Below, one piece after another: positions 31,413 through 40,389 of a stretch of DNA of 64,000 nt. The position numbers and the translations under genes are program-made. This DNA is from Candidatus Sumerlaeota bacterium (lineage in GTDB: Bacteria; Bacillota; SLNR01): assembly GCA_040766585.1 (NCBI GenBank), contig JAXGQE010000002.1, positions 70,090 through 134,089 of the forward strand, given 5' to 3'. Under the pieces are notes generated by a model. That model worked only from the letters and a program-made list of their open reading frames with translations, did no database searches and was not told the origin of the DNA. Numbering within the stretch: position 1 is the stretch's first letter; each line of letters starts with the position of its first letter.

Positions 31413-31787
31413 CTAAAACAACCAGGCCAGCACCCGCTGCCCCAACACCAGATACCCTACCACCAGGGCATACAAACTGGCCGTCAGTACAGCTCCTGCA
31501 GCCACATTTTTGGCAATGCGGGCCAGATCGCTGTAATCGCTGGTGATCATATCCACCACAGTTTCTATGCCGGTATTGACCATTTCCGTCACCACCACAA
31601 AAGCAATGGCAGACATAAGAAAAAGAACCTCCATGGCCGATACCCGCAGCACAAGCCCGGCGGCCAGAACAAACACTGTCATAGCCCCGTGAAAACGCAT
31701 ATTCCGTTGTGTTCGCAGTGTATAACCGATCCCCTGCAGGGCATCGTGAATGCTGTCCCGCACCGGACGGTTCCTTTTTACCATCAT
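31413..31787 (-). CDS. dgkA: Diacylglycerol/undecaprenol kinase (DgkA family)
   Basis: 124 aa, 3 TM; ...RNMRFHGAMTVFVLAAG...VVTEMVNTGIETVVDMI... prokaryotic DAGK signature. Confidence 0.85.
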   Translation of the reverse strand: MMVKRNRPVRDSIHDALQGIGYTLRTQRNMRFHGAMTVFVLAAGLVLRVSAMEVLFLMSAIAFVVVTEMVNTGIETVVDMITSDYSDLARIAKNVAAGAVLTASLYALVVGYLVLGQRVLAWLF

Positions 31788-32260
31788 GATGTTCGACCGA
31801 TCCCAAAAGCCTCCAGGACCTGTTCTCCTTTTTTCTCCATTGTGTCCTCATCCAGGCGGGTTTCATGGTCGTAGCCCAAAAGATGCAGGGCTCCGTGGAC
31901 CGCCAGAAAGCAAACCTCCCGCAGCAGGCTGTGACCGTATTCTTCCGCCTGGGATGCTGCCCGTTCCATGGATATGACCACATCTCCCCAGATACGGGGA
32001 GCGTCCGGTTCCAGTTCCGTCAGGAGATCGTCCGCCGGAAAAGAAAGGACATCGGTCACTTTGTCCATCTGCCGGTAGATGCGGTTGAGTTCATGAATAT
32101 CCGCATCGTCCACCAGGGTGATGCTCATCTCACCGGGTCCGGCTGCATTCTCCTGCTCCATGACCCTCTGGACCACATGGATCAGCATGGTTTCCATTTC
32201 CTCATCAATCGGGATCCGGTCCTGCTGATTGTTCAGATAGATCTCCAGCATTGTCCTCAC
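31784..32260 (-). CDS. ybeY: Endoribonuclease YbeY (rRNA maturation factor)
   Basis: Zinc motif HGALHLLGYDHE near C-terminus. Confidence 0.9.
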   Translation of the reverse strand: MRTMLEIYLNNQQDRIPIDEEMETMLIHVVQRVMEQENAAGPGEMSITLVDDADIHELNRIYRQMDKVTDVLSFPADDLLTELEPDAPRIWGDVVISMERAASQAEEYGHSLLREVCFLAVHGALHLLGYDHETRLDEDTMEKKGEQVLEAFGIGRTS

Positions 32261-34385
32261 GTTCCTTTACCAGCTCCGGAAGATCCTCCGGATATTCTAT
32301 GCGTGAATGGAAAGTACCCATCAGTATACGGATAAAAGTATCTCCAATACGGTCCAGATCCTTCAGCGTTAAATCGCTGTCATCCAGCTGCCCGTCATCC
32401 AGGCGGTTTCGGATAATGCGGCGGACTACCTGCTCCATCTTCTCCACATCGGCTTTGGGGTATGAACGAACCGCCGCTTCCACCGAATCGGCCAGCAGAA
32501 TCAGCGCCGCCTCTTTGCTTTGAGGTTTGGGCCCCTGATAGCGGTAGTCTTCTTCCAATATTTCTTCCTGGGCACTCCCTTTTTCAGAAGCCATGTAATA
32601 GAAGTAGCTGACCAGACCGGTCCCGTGATGCTGCTGGATCAGGTCGATGATACGGCCCGGCAGTCTGTATTCTTTGGCCAGCTCCACACCGTCCTGCAGA
32701 TGGGATGTGATGATCATGGCACTGAGACTCGGTGTTACCTTGTCATGGGGATTGCTGTTGGGCAGTTGGTTTTCAATAAAAAACTGCGGCCTTTTGATCT
32801 TTCCAATATCGTGGAAATAGCTGCCTACACGAGCCAGCAGCGGCTCAGCACCGACTTCCTCAGCGGCAGATTCCGCCAGATTCCCCACCATAATGCTGTG
32901 GTGATATGTACCCGGGGCTTCCATCAGAAGCCTTCTTAAAAGCGGATGATTGGGATTGGCAATTTCCGCCAGCCGAATGGGGGTTGTAATTCCGAAAGTA
33001 TTTTCCAGATAAGGCAGAGCGCCGATGGCCAGCACCGCAGAAATCAGCCCGCTGAAAATCCCCATGGCTCCCCAGGCACTCTCCAGAAGCAGTTCGTACA
33101 GGTTGGTACCCGCCACAGCCGCCACAGCGAAGATGGTAAATACATTGGCCGCAGCAATCATAAACCCAGCCCGGGTCATATCGCTGCGCTGGGTCAGTCT
33201 GGGAACGCTGAAAATGCCGGCAAATCCGCCCACCAGTGCCACCAGGATAAAACGAATGTCCCCACCGATGACGATGCCGGACAGAACGCTGATGACCAGA
33301 GTAAACATATAGGCTAGGTTGCGATCCAGCAGAATCGCCACCAGCATGGATCCACCGGCCACCGGGATCAGAAACCCGGAGATACTGCCCAGCACCTTGT
33401 TGATGACCAGAGCCAGTACGCTGATTACCCCCAGAAGAACCAGATCACTTTCGTTATAAAAATGCTCCGGCAGATTCTGGTACATGTAGCCGCCCAGAAG
33501 CGCCAGCATAATCGTTACAAACAAAGCCAGACCCAATACCCGACCAAAATCCACGCTGCTTCGCTGCAGACCCAGATCCTCCAGAATGGCGATCTGTTCT
33601 TCTGTCACAATCTCACCGGACCGAACCACCACCTGGTCTTTCAGAACCATAATCGGGTTTTCTTCCACCGCTTCGATTTCCAGCTGAATGCGCCGATTGG
33701 TTTCGTTTTCATTAAACAGCATATTGGGCGTCAGTTTATTTTGAGCCAGGGCCAGCACAAACGACCGCTGATCCGCATTCATGGTCAGCCCCCGGATCCG
33801 GCTGCTCATCTGCTGGTAAGCATCTTCATACTGTTCTTCTTTAATGCCCCCCTGCATGGCAGCCCGCAGCGCTTCATTGGTGGCGGTATTCATCCGGTCC
33901 AAATCCGATGCAGATGCACGGATCACAGCATGCGCAATATCGTCGGACACATCAAAATCCAGCGTCTCTTTTAATCGCACGGGACGCTGAGCGGCTTCAA
34001 CAGTATTATCGCCTTTCAGTTCTTTCACATACGCAAAAAGCTGATTGACTTCGGTTTCTGCTGCATCAATGATGCTGAGATCCAGATCATAAACCATGGG
34101 AACTGCAGCTATCCGCTCATTCTTCAGCGTTTCAGTCGCTTTTCGATTGACGATGGTCCGTGTTGCCCGAATGTCTGATGGGGCCACATCGCCGGCTGTC
34201 AGATGCAGCATGCGCGGCAGCACACTGGTGACAACCAGCAGCAGGATCATCACAAAAATGATCACTCCCACCAGAATACGCCGATTCTCTGTGCTTTTGG
34301 TCAAATCGAATCCGGACATGGTTTTGATCTTTTCTTTCAGATTGTCCCAGGCACCCATGTCACCGCTCCTGTCTTGTCCGGCCAT
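32205..34385 (-). CDS. pgpH: 7TM-receptor HD-domain phosphohydrolase (PgpH/YqfF family, c-di-AMP phosphodiesterase type)
   Basis: Extracellular N-domain, 7 TM helices, C-terminal HD domain (HHSIMVGNLAESAAEEVGA...GSYFHDIGK). Confidence 0.85.
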   Translation of the reverse strand: MAGQDRSGDMGAWDNLKEKIKTMSGFDLTKSTENRRILVGVIIFVMILLLVVTSVLPRMLHLTAGDVAPSDIRATRTIVNRKATETLKNERIAAVPMVYDLDLSIIDAAETEVNQLFAYVKELKGDNTVEAAQRPVRLKETLDFDVSDDIAHAVIRASASDLDRMNTATNEALRAAMQGGIKEEQYEDAYQQMSSRIRGLTMNADQRSFVLALAQNKLTPNMLFNENETNRRIQLEIEAVEENPIMVLKDQVVVRSGEIVTEEQIAILEDLGLQRSSVDFGRVLGLALFVTIMLALLGGYMYQNLPEHFYNESDLVLLGVISVLALVINKVLGSISGFLIPVAGGSMLVAILLDRNLAYMFTLVISVLSGIVIGGDIRFILVALVGGFAGIFSVPRLTQRSDMTRAGFMIAAANVFTIFAVAAVAGTNLYELLLESAWGAMGIFSGLISAVLAIGALPYLENTFGITTPIRLAEIANPNHPLLRRLLMEAPGTYHHSIMVGNLAESAAEEVGAEPLLARVGSYFHDIGKIKRPQFFIENQLPNSNPHDKVTPSLSAMIITSHLQDGVELAKEYRLPGRIIDLIQQHHGTGLVSYFYYMASEKGSAQEEILEEDYRYQGPKPQSKEAALILLADSVEAAVRSYPKADVEKMEQVVRRIIRNRLDDGQLDDSDLTLKDLDRIGDTFIRILMGTFHSRIEYPEDLPELVKEREDNAGDLSEQSAGPDPD

Positions 34386-34393
34386 TCACCGGC

Positions 34394-35365
34394 TTATTCT
34401 TCCCCGGAACTTTCTTCGTAGGCCCGGATAATCTTCTGCACCAGTTCGTGCCGGACCACATCGTATTCGGTAAAATAGACAAAACGGATTCCTTCAATCT
34501 CACTAAGGATGCTTCGGGCGTGATCCAACCCTGACCCTTTGCCCTGGGGCAAATCCTTTTGTGTCAGGTCTCCCGTTACCACAGCCTTGGAACCAAACCC
34601 CATTCGAGTCAGAAACATCTTCATCTGCTCCATGGTGGTATTTTGGGCCTCATCCAAAATGATGTAGGCATCGTCCAGAGTCCGCCCCCGCATATAGGCC
34701 AGCGGTGCCACTTCAATTATGCCCCGTTCCATATATTTCTGCACCGCCTCGATTCCCAGTATATCATACATGGAGTCGTACAGCGGACGCAGGTAAGGGT
34801 CCACTTTTTCCTGCAGGTCTCCCGGAAGAAACCCCAGCTTTTCGCCGGCTTCTACCGCCGGACGAGTCAGAATAATCCGGTTGACCTCACGGTTTTTCAA
34901 AGCGGTAGCCGCCATGGCAACCGCCAGATAGGTTTTGCCGGTTCCCGCCGGTCCGATGCCAAAGACCAAATCATGTTCCCGCATGGCATCCACATACACT
35001 TTTTGGCCCAGAGTTTTGGGCTTAATCCGTTTTCCCCGGAATGTAGTTCCGATAAAATCGGAGATCATCTCTCCCAGACGGTCTCCGCTGCCTTCCCGGA
35101 CGGTTTGAATCAGATACCGCACATCCTGCGGATTCAGTCCCGAGCCCTGATTCAGGGTGTCCGTCAGGTAGCGGAAAAGCGCTTCCACCTGCAGCGCATC
35201 GTCCCGATTCCCGCTGATTCGGACCGTATCCCCGCGAGTCACAATTTTGACGGAGAATCCTTCCTGGATCATTTTCAGATTTTCATCCAGATGTCCCAGT
35301 ACTGCCGCCATTTCTTCATTGTTGGAAAATGCATACTGAAGATGCAGCTCTTTGTTCTCGGCCAA
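34394..35365 (-). CDS. phoH: PhoH-family ATPase
   Basis: Walker A GPAGTGKTYLAVAMA and conserved PhoH C-terminal region. Confidence 0.9.
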   Translation of the reverse strand: MAENKELHLQYAFSNNEEMAAVLGHLDENLKMIQEGFSVKIVTRGDTVRISGNRDDALQVEALFRYLTDTLNQGSGLNPQDVRYLIQTVREGSGDRLGEMISDFIGTTFRGKRIKPKTLGQKVYVDAMREHDLVFGIGPAGTGKTYLAVAMAATALKNREVNRIILTRPAVEAGEKLGFLPGDLQEKVDPYLRPLYDSMYDILGIEAVQKYMERGIIEVAPLAYMRGRTLDDAYIILDEAQNTTMEQMKMFLTRMGFGSKAVVTGDLTQKDLPQGKGSGLDHARSILSEIEGIRFVYFTEYDVVRHELVQKIIRAYEESSGEE

Positions 35366-35593
35366 TGAGACAGGCCCCCTTCATCATTATTCCTTGCACT
35401 GAAAGGATACATTCGACAGGCTTGAACAGAATCCTTTTTGATGCTGCTGCCGGCTGATCCGGTGATAACTTTCTTAAACTTGTGAAAAAAAATAAAACTT
35501 TTTTTCTTCCACATATTGCCTAAATTCGGCCAACCATAGAGTTTACAACGGTTTGTATGAATATGCATAATCTAAATTTTCAGATAATTGACG

Positions 35594-35621
35594 TTGACAT
35601 TTTCATTCAGCCTGCTATAAT
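35594..35621 (+). promoter_or_regulatory. Near-consensus sigma-A promoter (TTGACA-16nt-TATAAT)
   Basis: TTGACAttttcattcagcctgcTATAAT at 35594-35621; drives the ORF-poor region below. Confidence 0.55.
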
Positions 35622-35627
35622 AACAGT

Positions 35628-36160
35628 ACAGGGACTGCACTGAACGAAAAGTTTTCTCGAAAGAGGAAACGGGGTACAAAACCCGATAGGATTCGGGCAA
35701 ATGGTTGGATGGATGTCTTGCGATCTGGACAGGGCAGTGCGGCTAAACACCGCAGAAGCCAGGACAGCGGAAGACATGATGAGACCATGAAAATGGCTCA
35801 TACGATTTCAATACGGATGCCGGTTCCGCACAAGCTGTTGATTGTCGCAACTGTCAAGAAAACACCTGCTGTTCTCATTCACCGGTTCCTCTGGGACCAA
35901 TGGTGAAAAGACAGAAAAGTGCCAGTAAAGACAGGGAACATAATCACAGTGGAACCAACGAAGACCTTGGATTTGTGCCTTCCGGATCACCGCATAACAG
36001 AATTTTCTGATGGGCGGTGAGACGGTTCTCGAAATCAGTGCAGACCCGATTTTTTTATCCTATTTTTGTCCAATAACAGACCCCTGTGTACTGGGGGCTG
36101 TTGAAAAGAGACCGGGAGTTTTGCGCCGTCGGCTACTCCTTCCGGTCTCTTTGTATTTTT
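35628..36160 (+). ncRNA. Candidate ~530-nt non-coding RNA (unclassified) between the promoter above and a terminator at 36104..36160
   Basis: No ORF >65 aa and none with a credible RBS. 3' end has AGAGACCGGGAG...CTCCTTCCGGTCTCT stem followed by TTGTATTTTT. Region is GC-balanced with many local stems. Confidence 0.35.
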
Positions 36161-36223
36161 ATACGTTTTAAATGCATCCAATTCTCAGTTGATCCAGTGA
36201 TTGCGGTTCCAAAACGACATCGT

Positions 36224-36781
36224 TCAGCGCATATGCGGCGGCCGATAGGGCCGATGCGCCCGAGGCGCGCTGAAGATTTCACTGTAGTAAATGGCAGCCT
36301 GCAGGGAGCGAGGATCCTTCAGATCCTTTCGGATCCGATCCAGCGGCGAGCCGGATTCCTTGCGGCCCACCCCATCGGTCAACTGTCCCTGAACCTGCTG
36401 CGCAGGTTCACTACCTACCTGAGGACTGCCTGCCGCGGGTTCCTGAGCTGTCAACCTGGACTGGCGCGGCACTTCACCCTCCTTGACCAGCCGCGGTTCT
36501 CTGCGTCCTTTTTCCCATTTATTCTCAGGAGACATGCTGGATTCACCGGTTCGCTGCGAAAGGGGTACGGGTGCTGCCGGTACAACATCTCTCGAACGCG
36601 GTGCCGATCCGGTCCGACCGGTAGTCGCCGCCCTCTTGCTGTCCGGCCTTTCCGGCTGCTGAGCAGGACGCGGTCGCGGCAGAGGGCCTCCTTTGGGCTG
36701 AGACGACTGTTGGTTTTGCATTCCCCGTACCACAGCCGAAACCACCCAGAAAATAATCAGCGGAATAAAAAGGTCCATCAC
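36224..36781 (-). CDS. YqfB-like small membrane protein with low-complexity Pro/Arg/Gln-rich tail
   Basis: N-terminal TM (LFIPLIIFWVVSAVV) then disordered tail; follows floA as yqfB follows yqfA in Bacillus. Confidence 0.5.
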   Translation of the reverse strand: MMDLFIPLIIFWVVSAVVRGMQNQQSSQPKGGPLPRPRPAQQPERPDSKRAATTGRTGSAPRSRDVVPAAPVPLSQRTGESSMSPENKWEKGRREPRLVKEGEVPRQSRLTAQEPAAGSPQVGSEPAQQVQGQLTDGVGRKESGSPLDRIRKDLKDPRSLQAAIYYSEIFSAPRAHRPYRPPHMR

Positions 36782-36797
36782 TTATCCCTCCTGCCGC

Positions 36798-37793
36798 TTA
36801 TTTTTTGTGTGGGTGTTTATTATTCGGTTCCGTACCGCCTTTGGCTATGGCTTCCCTCATATCGGTATCGGAAATGACATTGCGCATATTGTAATAATCC
36901 ATTACGCCCAGCTTTCCTTCCCGCAGGGCTTCGGCCAAAGCCTTGGGCACTTCCGCTTCGGCTTCCACCACTTTGGCGCGCATCTCTTGAACAGCTGCCT
37001 GCATTTCCTGCTCGCGAGCTACCGCCATGGCCCGGCGTTCTTCCGCCTTGGCCTGAGCAATTCGTTTATCCGCTTCCGCTCGGTCACTCATTAGTTCGGC
37101 TCCGATATTGCGGCCTACATCCACATCTGCAATATCAATGGACAGGATCTCGAAGGCAGTTCCTGCATCCAGCCCCTTGTTCAGCACCGTTCGGGAAATG
37201 CTATCCGGGTTTTCCAGGACGTCTTTGTGGGAATTGGCCGATCCCACGGTGGTAACCACGCCTTCACCGACACGGGCGATAATGGTTTCCTCACCGGCGC
37301 CTCCCACCAGTCGTTCAATATTGGCTCTCACGGTTACCTTGGCTTTGGCCTTGACTTCAATCCCGTCTTTGGCCACCGCTGCAATCACCGGTGTTTCAAT
37401 GACTTTCGGATTAACACTCATCTGCACCGCCGTCAATACATCACGACCCGCCAGATCAATGGCCGCGGCTCGTTCAAATCCCAACGGAATGGCCGCGCGC
37501 TGGGCGGCAATCAGTGCATTGATGACCCGGTCCACATTCCCACCGGCCAGATGATGGGCTTCCAGTTTATCTGTGCTCATTTCCAATCCGGCCTTGATGG
37601 CCTTAATCAGCGGGTTGACAATTTTGGTTGGTGCAATCCGCCGCAGTCTCATACCGATCAGTGCTCCAATACTGACTCGGACTCCAGCCGCCAGTGCCGA
37701 AATCCACAGCCCGATGGGTACAAAACTCAAAAACAACGATAAGGCCACCAGTATGGCAAGCATCACCAATAGAAGAGTAAAAATTTGTTCCAT
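36798..37793 (-). CDS. floA: Flotillin-like protein FloA (SPFH domain)
   Basis: [52 protein letters not shown]... conserved FloA/YqfA N-terminus; SPFH domain. Confidence 0.9.
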   Translation of the reverse strand: MEQIFTLLLVMLAILVALSLFLSFVPIGLWISALAAGVRVSIGALIGMRLRRIAPTKIVNPLIKAIKAGLEMSTDKLEAHHLAGGNVDRVINALIAAQRAAIPLGFERAAAIDLAGRDVLTAVQMSVNPKVIETPVIAAVAKDGIEVKAKAKVTVRANIERLVGGAGEETIIARVGEGVVTTVGSANSHKDVLENPDSISRTVLNKGLDAGTAFEILSIDIADVDVGRNIGAELMSDRAEADKRIAQAKAEERRAMAVAREQEMQAAVQEMRAKVVEAEAEVPKALAEALREGKLGVMDYYNMRNVISDTDMREAIAKGGTEPNNKHPHKK

Positions 37794-37810
37794 ACTTCAT
37801 CATCCTTTCT

Positions 37811-39139
37811 CTATTCGTCCAGTATGAGCTGTACGATGATCCGCGCTCCTTCAACTTTGACCACGCGCACCGGCTGTCCAGCCGGCAAAAACGCTCCTTC
37901 GCTGACCACATCCACCCGGACCCCCTCAATCTCGGCAATACCGGCCGGGCGCAGCATAGTCACGGTCCGTCCCTTTTTCCCCAGCAGATCCACCGGTTCG
38001 GCGGTTGAAATATATCCGGATTCCCGGTTCAAGCTGTTTTTGAGAATCAGTCGGTTCCAGGCGGAACTGTCTTTAAAAAACCGCAGCATGACTCCGGTAA
38101 CAGCTACAGCGCCGAAGAATGACAGCATGATGGTTCGAATGGCGGTAACAGCATCGCCGGAAGTGAAATAGATACCGGCAAACACCAGGATAATGCCGGC
38201 GATACCAGCCACACCGAACCCCGGTGTAACGAACGCTTCCACAAAAAGCAGCAGGACCCCGCCCAAAAATGCCAGCAGTGCTTCCCATCCGGCCAGACCG
38301 GCCAGCATATGTCCTCCGAAAAACAATCCCAGTGATGCAATCCCAATAAACCCGGCAATTCCCCATCCCGGAATAAAAAATTCCATGGTGAGTCCGATGA
38401 AGCCGATCATCAGGAATATCGGAGCGATGCTGGGACTGGTCACAGTTCGGGCCAGGCGTTCTACCCAGGTTGCTTCGACTTCCGTCACGGCAGCCCCGGC
38501 AAGATCCAGCTGGTTCAGCAAATCTTCAAATCCCGCAACATTGTACTCGGCGTATCCGACATCCAAAGCCTGACTGGCAGTCAATGTCAGTATTTCGCCC
38601 TGTCCCACCAGTCCTTCAATTACCTCGTTCTGGTCCACCATGGCTGCCGCGTAGGCCGAATCCCGACCATTGCGCTCTGCAACCGACTCCATTTCCCCTT
38701 TCCAGGCAGAAATGATTTTGGGTGTAGCCGGATCAGTTTCGGCCGCCCCGATACTGCTGCCCGGCAGCATGGCAATTTCATCTGTGGACAGAGCAATGTA
38801 GGCCCCGGCTGACCAAGCTCGTCCGGATACATAGGCCACCACCGGAATGGTTGTTTCCCGCACCAAGTCGCCAATGGCCAGTGCAGCATCCACCCGTCCT
38901 CCCGGAGTGGCAATATCCAGGACGATCACGTCCGCAGCCAGGTCTTCGGCCTGCTGGATTCCCCGTCTAACCATACTGGTTAGCCCCGGTTCAATCTCAC
39001 CCTTGATGGGAATGATCACCGCCTGGCTGTCTTCCGCTGCCTGAATTCCCGAAAATATCGAGGTCATCAGCACAATCATCAGCAAAAAACAGAGTCCAAT
39101 TCGCTTTGTGCTCATATCCCTCCCCCTTTCCTGTTGCAT
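37811..39139 (-). CDS. NfeD-family membrane-bound serine protease (YqeZ-like)
   Basis: ClpP-like fold region IKGEIEPGLTSMVRRGIQQAEDLAADVIVLDIATPGGRVDAALAIGDL...SGRAWSAGAYIALS, multiple TM helices, C-terminal OB/NfeD domain. Confidence 0.85.
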   Translation of the reverse strand: MQQERGRDMSTKRIGLCFLLMIVLMTSIFSGIQAAEDSQAVIIPIKGEIEPGLTSMVRRGIQQAEDLAADVIVLDIATPGGRVDAALAIGDLVRETTIPVVAYVSGRAWSAGAYIALSTDEIAMLPGSSIGAAETDPATPKIISAWKGEMESVAERNGRDSAYAAAMVDQNEVIEGLVGQGEILTLTASQALDVGYAEYNVAGFEDLLNQLDLAGAAVTEVEATWVERLARTVTSPSIAPIFLMIGFIGLTMEFFIPGWGIAGFIGIASLGLFFGGHMLAGLAGWEALLAFLGGVLLLFVEAFVTPGFGVAGIAGIILVFAGIYFTSGDAVTAIRTIMLSFFGAVAVTGVMLRFFKDSSAWNRLILKNSLNRESGYISTAEPVDLLGKKGRTVTMLRPAGIAEIEGVRVDVVSEGAFLPAGQPVRVVKVEGARIIVQLILDE

Positions 39140-39181
39140 CGAAAAAACGGCTTGATGCCTTGCGCACCAAGCCGCTGCAGT

Positions 39182-39652
39182 TTACTCCTCCCTGCGGGAG
39201 AGCAACTCCTTAACCACATTGTTTACCGTTTTACCGTCAGCTTTTCCTTTGACCCGGGGCATAAGCACACTCATGACCCGTCCCATATCTTTGGCTGAAC
39301 TGGCACCGGTTTCTGCTATGGCTTCTGCCACCGCAGATTGCAGTTCCTCTGCAGTCAGCGGTTTGGGAAGATACGCCTGCAAAATGACTTTTTCTTCTTC
39401 CAGCTTTTCCAGGAATTCATGCCGTCGTTCCCGTTCATCTTCGGGGACTGAATCGATGGCATCCTGCCTCATTTTCATTTCCCGAACCACTACATCCAGG
39501 ACTTCATCGTCGTTCAGCGGTTTTTTCTTCTCGATTTGAGCATTCTGAACAGCAGCCCGGATCATTCGGATCACAGACAGTTTCAGTTTGCTTCCTTCTT
39601 TATCTTTCATGGCACTTTTCATGTCGGCCAGCAGTGTATCGTGTAGGGTCAT
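39182..39652 (-). CDS. GatB/YqeY-domain protein
   Basis: MTLHDTLLADMKSAMKDKEGSKLKLSVIRMIRAAVQNAQIEKKK... canonical YqeY. Confidence 0.85.
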   Translation of the reverse strand: MTLHDTLLADMKSAMKDKEGSKLKLSVIRMIRAAVQNAQIEKKKPLNDDEVLDVVVREMKMRQDAIDSVPEDERERRHEFLEKLEEEKVILQAYLPKPLTAEELQSAVAEAIAETGASSAKDMGRVMSVLMPRVKGKADGKTVNNVVKELLSRREE

Positions 39653-39692
39653 GCGTGCACCCCCCTTTTTTTGCAGTCAGGATCGCTGTGCT

Positions 39693-39869
39693 TTACCGGA
39701 ACTTCCGCTTACGGGCCGCCTCGGATTTCTTCTTGCGGCGCACGCTGGGTTTTTCATAATGCTCTCTTTTGCGGGCTTCCGCCAGAACACCGGCCTTCTG
39801 ACACTGGCGCTTAAATCGTCTCAGTGCATTATCCAGGCTCTCGTTTTTACCAACCTTGATGTCTGTCAT
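39693..39869 (-). CDS. rpsU: 30S ribosomal protein S21
   Basis: [58 protein letters not shown]; RBS GGGAGGGAG. 10-codon upstream extension in the ORF track rejected. Confidence 0.9.
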   Translation of the reverse strand: MTDIKVGKNESLDNALRRFKRQCQKAGVLAEARKREHYEKPSVRRKKKSEAARKRKFR

Positions 39870-40025
39870 GGTTTCTCCCTCCCCCCGCTGCCGCATCAAG
39901 CGGCTGTCGCTCTTTCTTGTCTCTGGGGCCTTGCTGCAAGGGTCATGCGGCCATCGGAAACAAAATATACCAAACTCAATTATACTATGACACCCTGACC
40001 AACGTCAAGGTGCACCGCGGCCATT

Positions 40026-40364
40026 CTACCCCGGCGGCCAGGAAAAATCCCGCCCTCCCAATAGGTGAAAATGCACATGAAATACCGACTGACCAGCCTT
40101 TTCTCCGCAGTTGACCACCACACGGAAATCATCCAGCTCTTTTTCTTGGGCGATTTCTGCGGCGGCCTGGATCAGATCACCCGATACGGTCGCTTCGTCT
40201 CCGGTCAGCTCGGCGACAGTGGCGATGTGCTTTTTGGGAATAATCAGAATATGAACCGGCGCTGCAGGAGCAATGTCCTCGAATGCCAGCACTGTGTCGC
40301 TTTCGTACACAATCTTAGCAGGGATCTCTTTGCGGACAATCTTGCAGAATAAACAGGAATCCAT
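40026..40364 (-). CDS. HIT-family (histidine triad) nucleotide hydrolase
   Basis: CLFCKI... and HVHFHLLGG histidine-triad motif. Confidence 0.85.
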   Translation of the reverse strand: MDSCLFCKIVRKEIPAKIVYESDTVLAFEDIAPAAPVHILIIPKKHIATVAELTGDEATVSGDLIQAAAEIAQEKELDDFRVVVNCGEKAGQSVFHVHFHLLGGRDFSWPPG

Positions 40365-40389
40365 TCTCTCACCTTGTATAATGAACTCG

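Noticed and set aside
31384-31983. 199-aa minus-strand ORF with many Cys/Gly
   Set aside because: Out-of-frame overlap with dgkA and ybeY, which have clear family motifs.
35709-35906. 65-aa ORF inside the candidate ncRNA
   Set aside because: No convincing Shine-Dalgarno, basic/hydrophilic low-complexity sequence. Kept only as an alternative explanation (small protein) in the finding.
36086-36877. 263-aa plus-strand ORF rich in Arg/Ser/Leu
   Set aside because: Antisense of yqfB-like and floA genes; Arg-rich composition typical of GC-rich antisense frames.
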